Of a stretch of DNA of 64,000 nt, positions 55,685 through 64,000 are shown piece by piece. Where the stretch lies: assembly GCA_951406725.2 (NCBI GenBank), contig OX597817.1:145762001-145826000 (forward strand), in the 5' to 3' direction. Position 1 is the first letter of the stretch, and every line of letters starts with the position of its first letter. The translations under genes were made by a program, and so were the position numbers. This DNA comes from Octopus vulgaris (Eukaryota). The notes beneath the pieces are model-generated. The model made no database searches. It saw nothing but the letters and a program-made list of their open reading frames with translations, and had not been told where the DNA came from.

Positions 55685-56135
55685 GGCTCCCATGTCGGTG
55701 GCATGTAAAAAGCACCATCAGAACATCACCGATGCCAGTGCCCCTTGACTGGCTCCCATGCTAGTGGTACGTAAAAAGCACTTTCTGGATGTGGCCGATG
55801 CCAGTGCACTCTGACTGGCTCCCATGCTGGTGGCATGTAAAAAGCACCATCCGAACGTGGCCAATGCCAGGCCTGTTTGACTGGCTCCTGTACTAGTGGC
55901 ATGTAAAAAGCACTATCCAAATGTGGCCAATGCCAGGCCCACCTGACTGGCTCCTGTGCTGGTGGCACATAAAAAGCACCCACTACACTCTCAGAGGGTA
56001 TTAGGAAGAACATCCAGTTGTAGAAACATTGCCAGATTCAATTAGAGCCTGATGCAGCCTCCTGGATCACCAGATCTCAGTCAAACCGTCCAACCCATGC
56101 CAGCATGGAAAATGGACGTTAAACAATGATGATGA
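55685..56135 (+). mobile_element. RTE 3' UTR with about 4.5 tandem 66-bp units
   Basis: Units start at 55685, 55751, 55817, 55883 and 55949; (GAT)n tail. Confidence 0.85.
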
Positions 56136-56439
56136 TAATTGTTGTTACTGCTGCTGTTGTTGTTGCTGTCTTCTTCTTCTTCTTCCAATCAGGACTCACG
56201 CCATTAGCCACAAAGAATAATCTCTAATTCGAGCCTACCCTAAACTACTAAGAATGCGTGTGGCAACTTGAAGATCCACCCACCACATGCAATAGAAAGC
56301 TACATTGTTATCCTCATTCCATAAACGGTGGCTTTTAACGGCTGGAGACCTGAACCATCTTGGGGTACAGAGGATTCACAATCTTGACTCGGGTCTGAAA
56401 GTTTACCAGACCATAGTGGGTGACACCATGGGTCCTCTA

Positions 56440-56630
56440 CTTTGTGGCAGAAGTAGGAAGAAAGAGTGAGCAAAAGTTGTGGTGAAAGAGTGCAGTGGGG
56501 TTCACCACCCCTCTCGTGGAGCTTAGGTCTTTTTGCTCAATAAACACTCACAATGCCCGGTCTGGGAATTGAAACTGTGTTCTTACGACTGCGAGTCTGC
56601 TGCCCTAACCACTGGGCCATTGTGCCTCCA
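56440..56630 (-). mobile_element. tRNA-derived SINE head and partial body
   Basis: Reverse complement ggaggcacaatggcccagtggttagggcagcagactc...gtttcaattcccagacc. Confidence 0.65.
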
Positions 56631-57249
56631 CAGTTGTTGCTGTTGCTTTTGTTGTTGTTGTTGTTGTTGCTTCTATTGTTGCTTTTGTTTCTGTTGTCTT
56701 TGTCGCTTGCATTGATGTTTGCACTGTTAAAAACATTATCCTTACCATTGTCTTCACAGCTATTGTTATCGCATTGTTCTTGTGCCAATGGTTTCTAATG
56801 AAGTTAGTAATGTTTTGAGAAGCTACCTCCTGCTACCTCCTCAATGAATCTGATGGTGGGTGTTATTGATGCCATCATTCCAAATGAGAAAAAAAAAAAT
56901 AAAAGCAAATAAAAAGATTACAAAAACGATGCCCTTTTTGACACAACTGAGCAGAGCCCCTCTTCACCCAGTGAAGTAGAGGTCCTTAATTAAACTTTTA
57001 ACAAAGCTTTACAACGGTAAATAAGTAGCTTTAAATACAATTTAACAAACCTTCAGGAGTCCATATAATGTATGCCTAATACAAATGATGATGATGATGA
57101 TGATGATGAAATAACAACAAGTGTAGCATCATCTTTGTGGGAAATTATCTGTGACAGTTCGACATGTAATTAGTGGATGATCGTAGTCCAAAAGGAGTAC
57201 AAAAATGTCATGACAATGTAGACATGTGAATACACTGGGGATTGTGCAA

Positions 57250-57588
57250 AAAGTGTCTTCTACTATAGCCTTGGGCAGACCAAAGCCTTGTGAGTGGATT
57301 TGGTAGACGGAAGCTGAAAGAAGCCCATTGTATATAAGTATGTATATATATGTATGTGTGTGTATATGTTTGTGTGTCTGTGTTTGTCCCCGCCAACATC
57401 ACTTGACAACCGATGCTGGTGTGTTTACGTCCCCGTAACTTAGCAGTTCGGCAAAAAGAAACCGATAGAATAAGTACTAGGCTTACAAAGAATAAGTCCT
57501 GGGGTCGATTTGCTTGACTAAAGGCAATGCTCCAGCATGGCCACAGTCACATGACTGAAACAAGTAAAAGAGAGTAAAGCGTAAAGAG
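57250..57588 (+). mobile_element. SINE family B, 5'-truncated
   Basis: Same consensus from aagtgtcttctactatagcc onward. Confidence 0.85.
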
Positions 57589-57599
57589 TAACCAATAGT

Positions 57600-58552
57600 G
57601 ATTAGCCCTGTAAAGGGCTATTAGATTAGAATCAATGCAGATTAGATTTACTAAGGAAATAGTGATAGAGAATTCTAGAGCAGAGGCAGAGCTAGTTAGT
57701 AACCTGGAAGAAGCACTTGGAAAAGGCATTATGATTGATGTGCTGGCAGTGAGATTAGCCCTTAACCGATTCTTCAATGCTAAACAGAAAGGTTTCATTG
57801 TCAGAGCTAGGTCATGTCCTCTAAGGCATAAAGGAACAAAAGGCTGTGAGCTGGCAGAAACGTTAGCATGCCAGGCGAGATGCTTAGCGATATTTTGTCT
57901 GCCGTTACGTTCTGAGTTCAAATTCCGCCGAGGTTGACTTTGCCTTTCATCCTTTCGGGGTCAATTAAATAAGTGCCAGTTATGCACTGGGGTCAATGTA
58001 CTTGACTTCATCCGTTTGTCTGTCCTTGTTTGTCCCCTCTGTGTCTAGCCCCTTGTGGGTAGTAAAGAAATAAGTATTTCGTCTGCCGCTACGTTCTGAG
58101 TTCAAATTCCGCCGAGGTCGACTTTGCCTTTCATACTTTTGGGGTCGATTAAATAAGTACCAGTTACGCACTGGAGTCGATATAATCAACTTAATCTGTT
58201 TGTCTGTCCTTGTTTGTCCTCTCTGTGTTTTGCTCCTTGTGGGTAGTAAAGAAATAAGCATAGGGGAACTAAAGGTGTTCAACAATCCCAGGTGGCAGAG
58301 GTGTTATGCAGCAACAAAGCTACAATTCAGTCTTTGATGGATCAGGAAGGATGTATGCTACTCATTTCCAAGCAACTGTTTGAGGTGGACGGTGGACTAC
58401 AGACAGGGGTAGACTTAACTACCTATCTGGATGGCTTGCTGCAACTCTAGGACAGGTATGTGGAATTATGTGAAATACAGATAACAGCTGATGAAATATG
58501 GGAAGCTATGGCTTGCTGCATGAGGGAGAAGTCACCAGGGCTGGATGGTTAT
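57600..58552 (+). mobile_element. L1/Tx1-like LINE ORF2 relic split by the SINE dimer
   Basis: KGFIVRAR before the SINE; ITADEIWEAM...KSPGLDG after it. Confidence 0.65.
57845..58257 (+). mobile_element. SINE family C dimer inserted in an L1/Tx1-like relic
   Basis: Two units; imperfect TSD gcata(aa/gg)ggaac(a/t)aaagg. Confidence 0.85.
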
Positions 58553-58936
58553 TGAAAAACAAATATTAACAACAGAAGCAGTATTAATGCAAAAAGGCAA
58601 TCTTTATATCCAACTTAACATGGACAAATTGTTAGATTGCCACCAGCTGGCCTTTTGCGATATCAGTGCCTGAAAAGTGAGTTATTCTATATATTGAGTA
58701 TGAGATTTGCCTGGTATGCAGTGAGTGGATAGCTGTCACTGAAGAAGTGCAGTATGCTGAAATCATGTTATCTGGCAGTTCTTGTGCACATGCCAGATGA
58801 TTCTCATCTGCTACAATATAAGTCTTTAATTGTGCTTTAATGCATCATGCATCTATATGAGAGAACCAAGTATCAAATCAAGTATCACAGTATTTGGTGT
58901 TTTAACTGTATGTCCATGTTAAGCTGGATTTGAAGA

Positions 58937-58972
58937 CTGCTGCTGCTGCTGCTGCTACTGCTACTACTACTA

Positions 58973-59028
<56 letters not shown>

Positions 59029-59070
59029 ACTACTGCAACCACCACCACCACCACTACAACTACTACTACA
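58937..59070. repeat. (CTG)n(CTA)n(CCA)n trinucleotide repeat
   Basis: Direct reading. Confidence 0.93.
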
Positions 59071-59944
59071 ATTTTCTGAGTCAATAATATAAAGTACAAG
59101 TCAAGCACTAGGGTTAATATAAATGACTAAATCCCCTCCCAAAACATTGCTAGCCTTGTGCTAAAATCAGAAAGAAATTTATTTCAATAGTTTCAGAAAA
59201 TATTAATGGAATCTTAATAGCGTTGCATCGTTACAACTTAGACTATTGTAAATAGCAGATGTTAATCTGCCCAAAACTTGTTAGATTGTGCTTAAGAAAC
59301 CAGAACAACAGTGGGACCTGTTATATTACATTCTACTTCAGCAAACATTACCTCATATAAAGTTCTGTTTTCTTATTTATGTATTTATTTGACAACTGGA
59401 AACCAGGCAGATTATTTGCAGTTGACAACAATAGACATCAACAGAACATTAATCATGCTTCAAACAGATGTATATGGAGAGGCCTTATTAACAATTGTAT
59501 GGTCTGTGTTTATACAATGTTCCTACAATGACAATGAAGCACGATCTCCTTCATGTTATAATAGTTTGTTTGTACATATTTCATTTCTCCTTACATTTTC
59601 TGTTATAGTACAATTTCTTTGTGACCGGAGAAGACTTGTAATTTACAATTACATTCAAGTATTTCAAATTTAACACTATTCCATCCGATAAGAAATGCTG
59701 TGACACTAATTATTCTTTTCTTTTGGATGATAATAAGAAAAAAACATGTCAGTAGATATAGCTTCGTTTATCACTGATTCATTCATCACTGATATGAGAT
59801 AACATGACATGCCTATCATGGATTGATCTGTGATAGCACAGGTCAACGATCAGCTGAAGATTCTGCTTTGACTGCAATGATGCACCAATAATGCTTAGCC
59901 ACCCAGAATGCACTGAGTATTCATTGTGCTTATATGATCATGTC

Positions 59945-60530
59945 GTCATCATCATCATCATCATCATCATCGTTTAACGTCCGTTTTCCATGCTAGCATG
60001 GGTTGGACAGTTCAACCGGGGTCTGGGAAGCCAGGAGACTGCACCAGGCTCCAGTCTGATCTGGTATGGTTTCTACAGTTGGATGCCCTTCCTAACGCCA
60101 ACCACTCCATGAGTGTAGTGGGTGCTTTTTACGTGCCACCGGCACAGGTGCCGGCAGAGGCTGGCAGCGGCCACAATCAGTTGGTGCTTTTTACCTGCCA
60201 CCAGCACAGAAGCCAGTCAAGTCGGTGCTGGCATCAACCATGTTCGGATTGTGCTTTTTACGTGCCACTGGCACAGGTATATCATAACTACAATTTCCAT
60301 TTGATATTTATTTTGATGTTGATGTACTTGACTCAATAGGTCTCCTCAAGCACAGCAGGTTACATGCCACCAGCACAGAAGCAAGTCAAGGCAGCGCTGG
60401 CATCGACCACGTTCAGATGGTGCCTTTTTACGTGCCGCCGGCACAGGTATCATAACTACAATTTCCATTTGATATTTACTTTGATGTTGATGTACTTGAC
60501 TCAATAGGTCTCCTCAAGCACAGCAGGTCA
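59945..60530 (-). mobile_element. RTE 3' end with internal duplication
   Basis: Reverse complement of the 53484-54041 type. Confidence 0.82.
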
Positions 60531-60582
60531 CCCAAGGCTGCATATTTTTTTTATACCAATTAATGTCCTCATACCCATCAAC

Positions 60583-60740
60583 ATGGGACCAGAAAACAAG
60601 AAAAATACAAAGGTACCTGATCTTAACAAGCAATGCAGACGAAGGTAGAGATTATCCAGAAAATATGCGACAGTGGAAACTTCACTGTGATGAGCCGCAA
60701 GGTTGGTGAGAATGAATCTACCATTTATTCCATTTATAAT
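60583..60740 (+). pseudogene. Possible Tigger/pogo N-terminal HTH fragment
   Basis: QTKVEIIQKICDSG...SRKVGENESTIYSI resembles HTH-psq; frameshifted. Confidence 0.35.
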
Positions 60741-61116
60741 GTGGGTGTAGATCATTCATTTATCATTGTTAGTTTTAGACCATACCTCTGATGAATGAGA
60801 GTAGACATGCTGACACCAGTTGTGGAAAATAGTGGGGTTTACACAGACATTACCACTATAAATTAAATATTTTCGAACGTGTGTGTGTGAATGTGTTTTT
60901 CTTTATCTTTTATGTTCCTCCTGAAGTGTAAGCCTGGTTTGTTCTAACAAGGTACAAAAATTCAAAGTAATACAATTAATGCTTTGTGAAAGTTCAGCTT
61001 AGTTTTGAATACGGACAGCCATTCAAGCATAGAAAAAATGTCAGGTTTCAAATTACAACTTTAATAAAAGCAATGTTTACATAAATGTGTTGGGAAAAAA
61101 ATGTATTATATATAGT

Positions 61117-61304
61117 TCCAGTGTTGCATAAAAAGCACCCAGAAAACTTCTGTAAAGTGGTTGGCATTAGGAAGGGCTTCCAACTGTAGAAACCATGCCA
61201 AAATAGATAATTAGAGCCTTGACAGCTCTCCAGCTGGCTCACTCCCATCAAACCATCCAACCCAAGCCTGCATGGGAAAATGGACGTTAAATGATGATGA
61301 TGAT
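61117..61304 (+). mobile_element. RTE 3' tail
   Basis: ggcattaggaagggc...ggacgttaaatgatgatgat. Confidence 0.75.
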
Positions 61305-61467
61305 GGTGGTGGTGGTGGTGGTGGTGGCAGCTGGGTTCAGATTAGGTTCGAATATGGACAGTAATTCAAGCATAGACAAATGTTGAGTTTCAAATTACAA
61401 ATTTAATAAAAGCAATGTTGCCATGGTGAAAAAAGTGAGAAAATAATATAGCGATTTTATGTAACTA

Positions 61468-61834
61468 CAAGCAGTATCTCCCAGCATTGCTCGGGTTTGT
61501 TTGAAAAGTAAAAATTTTGCATTATGTAGCTTGTTATTCTCTTTAAGTGAACATTTTTCTGGTTGAAATACACCGAAAAATGGTGACGCAGCAGTCAAAA
61601 AATCGTAAAAAATAGTGATTTTCATAGAAAAAAAGCACTTTTTTGATGTAAATAATTTTTGGTTTTAACATGGCCCAATTTTAATTTTTCTTCTACGGAA
61701 GGAAGAGCAAGCCTTCTTCTATCATACTCTCAATTTTGGTCAACTTGTGCCGCAAGGTCTCGGAGGAGATAGTGTTAATTGAAGGCTACCAAACCTACCA
61801 TACACAGACAACTTCAGCTTTATATATATAGAGA
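61468..61834 (-). mobile_element. Non-autonomous Helitron, copy 4
   Basis: Reverse complement of copies 1-3; end mutated to CTTG. Confidence 0.85.
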
Positions 61835-63863
61835 TTCAAAAATTTGGCTTAAACATGCCTAATATTTTAGAGCAGCATAAAAGTGAATTCCTTGTGAAGA
61901 AGAGATTCTCTTGATTCCTGTGGTACTGATTTCTGTTGAAAAATATGTAGCTGATGGTTATAATGTTATTGCATCCAGAAATACTGATATTCTGAGCAAA
62001 GAACTGTGCATAAAGACTTGTCTGTGAATGCAGAGCTTGTAAGAGCTACTAAAGTGCAAATGGCTTCTGGTTTTAAAACTGTTGCACCTGACCAAAGAAC
62101 TGTGAAATGGGCACATGTCTTGGAAAGTGTAGCTTGTATTAGCTGCCGAAGCTACAACGATTTGTAGGTGCAAAACTGCTGCAACTGAAAAAAAAAAGAT
62201 GGCTTGTCACTGCTAGTTAAACTCTGGATGATTCACTATTGTAATGTGAATGATTATTTCTTATTCATCTGCAAATGGGACTTCAAAAGTAACTACAAGT
62301 CTAATTAGTGACTTTAGAGGCAACAGGGATCCTTTCATTATGGTGTATGGTTGTGTATGATGAATTTATTGTAGAATGGGTTGGTTCAAACTAATCATTA
62401 GACCTAGTCTATAATCAAAGCTAGAATCTGGACAGACTGAAATTAATTGATAAATTATAGATCTGAAACCAATTGTTCCCCAACTCCCAACAAACAGGAG
62501 AACTTGGACTCAATGCTTCAAATGAATGCACTTCTTGTCAATTTTACAGTAATGCTATAGTTTATAATGACAATGTGCTACTATCTTAGAGAATATGTTT
62601 ATAGCAAGCAGGACTGGATCATTTGAGAGTTAAGTGTTTTATCTCAGACACAGCACAGAGCTGTGAGAGAAATGAACCACCAACCTTTCAGCTGTTTGTC
62701 CAGTAACACCAGCTAAACAACTATAAGGTCATTATAGAAAAGTGCATTGTGTCTAATTAAAAGGAAACATTATACTGATTAATCTATGTTACTGTATAGT
62801 CCCATGCTGTTTCAAATCATAATCATAATCATTGTCTTGTAAAGGGTAACTGTGTCCCTTCTTTTACAAAATAGCAGGGTGTGATCTGCAAGAGATTTGG
62901 TTGCCATTTTTTGCTGGTTGAGCAACAACATAAAGGTTCCCTTGATGGTTCAATGATGTCTATGTTTTCCCCAGAAGCTAAATACCAACCACATCATCCT
63001 CTTCAGGCCAAGAGGCCTTCAAAATGTCATTGTGCCTTCAAACTAAATAATAAGGGGAACAAAGTCACAATTTCAGGGGAATGTTTGGCAGTAGCATAGC
63101 TGAGGTAGGGCAAAGGGGCAGCCTGCCCAGGTGATGCTTTTATGGGGCAGGTGGCAGTTTACAGATGCTGTATAAGCCTGTATAGGCTTGGGGGCCCAGA
63201 GCAGCAAATTCAAGGGCTGCCCCAGGCATTACATTCTAACTTGGGAGTTAATTGATGAATTCTACCTCAGTTCATGACTGGTACTGTCCTCTGAAGGATA
63301 AGAGGCATCATTGTGTTTGATGAGACATAAACATATAACAGCCATTGCAATACATTTTATCTGATGCTCTAATGATTCTGCATATCCAATAGCCTCGAAA
63401 GCTGTTTTATAATAGTCAGGAAAATAAATACACTGAATTTACACAATTGAATTATTGCATTTAAAAACAGCAGCTTTGTGATATCTGATTGGATATGAAA
63501 TATATATATATTGATTTCTAGAACACCAGACCTTTAGTTTATTGGAAAGAGGGGAAGTGGAGAGTTTGTACAGTGTGTGGTGCAAAACCATTAACATCAT
63601 TACCATTAAGTACTGTGTTCTGATATTGGAACCAGCATCTATTAAATATTGTACTTTGATATTAACACTAATATATGAGAAATCTATAAAATATTTTATT
63701 TTGATCTTGCCATTATCAGATAATATGCTTTAATATTACCACTAATATATTATACATCTACTGAATACTGTACTTTGACATCCATTAAATACTGTACTTT
63801 TGATATTGCGGTTAAACTATTCGACCTTTGTTAACTATTGTACTTTGATATTACAGCTGATAC

Positions 63864-64000
63864 AGGACAGCTGTGTGAAAAAGTGTCACACCCTGACAGT
63901 AGAGGGAACCTGTGGAAGAGGTAGACCCAGGAAGACCTGGGATGAGGTGGTGAAGCATAACCATCGAACGTTGGGTCTCACCAAGGCAATGACAAGTGAC
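63864..64000 (+). mobile_element. RTE ORF C-terminal fragment running off the window
   Basis: DSCVKKCHTLTVEGTCGRGRPRKTWDEVVK. Confidence 0.8.

Noticed and set aside
55685-55985. CRISPR-like repeat/spacer appearance (also 1470-1760 and 60120-60450)
   Set aside because: The spacers are homologous to each other, the array lies within a LINE 3' UTR, no cas genes are present, and the context is eukaryotic.
63585-63862. Irregular repeats of attaaatactgtactttgatatt
   Set aside because: Degenerate AT-rich minisatellite with irregular spacing and no sign of function.
44300-64000. A second host gene upstream of PYG
   Set aside because: No exon with recognisable homology and splice sites was found; coding-like patches resemble transposon relics. 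Small exons or lncRNAs cannot be excluded.

Overview
AT-rich, repeat-dense animal genomic DNA, not prokaryotic. The SINE, RTE and microsatellite repertoire looks like an octopus/cephalopod genome; this is inferred from pattern recognition only. The one supportable host gene is a complete 17-exon glycogen phosphorylase on the minus strand: ATG at 42731, TAA at 398, 2553-nt CDS, 850 aa, 16 GT-AG introns that all match human PYGM intron positions, and an intron 1 of about 14.7 kb. Catalytic, PLP and AMP-site motifs are intact. Two regulatory residues differ from the textbook enzyme: phospho-Ser14 is Thr, and purine-inhibitor-site Phe285 is Val. Introns and the upstream 21 kb hold tRNA-derived SINEs (including recurrent dimers), RTE/CR1/L1-Tx1/R4 LINE relics, non-autonomous Helitrons and Helentron-like elements, piggyBac/Tc-mariner/hAT MITEs, fold-back elements with hammerhead-like cores, a 28S rRNA fragment centred on the R2 target site, and long microsatellites. 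No CRISPR array, operon or clearly novel protein-coding system was found. All coordinates were counted by hand, and repeat boundaries are approximate.
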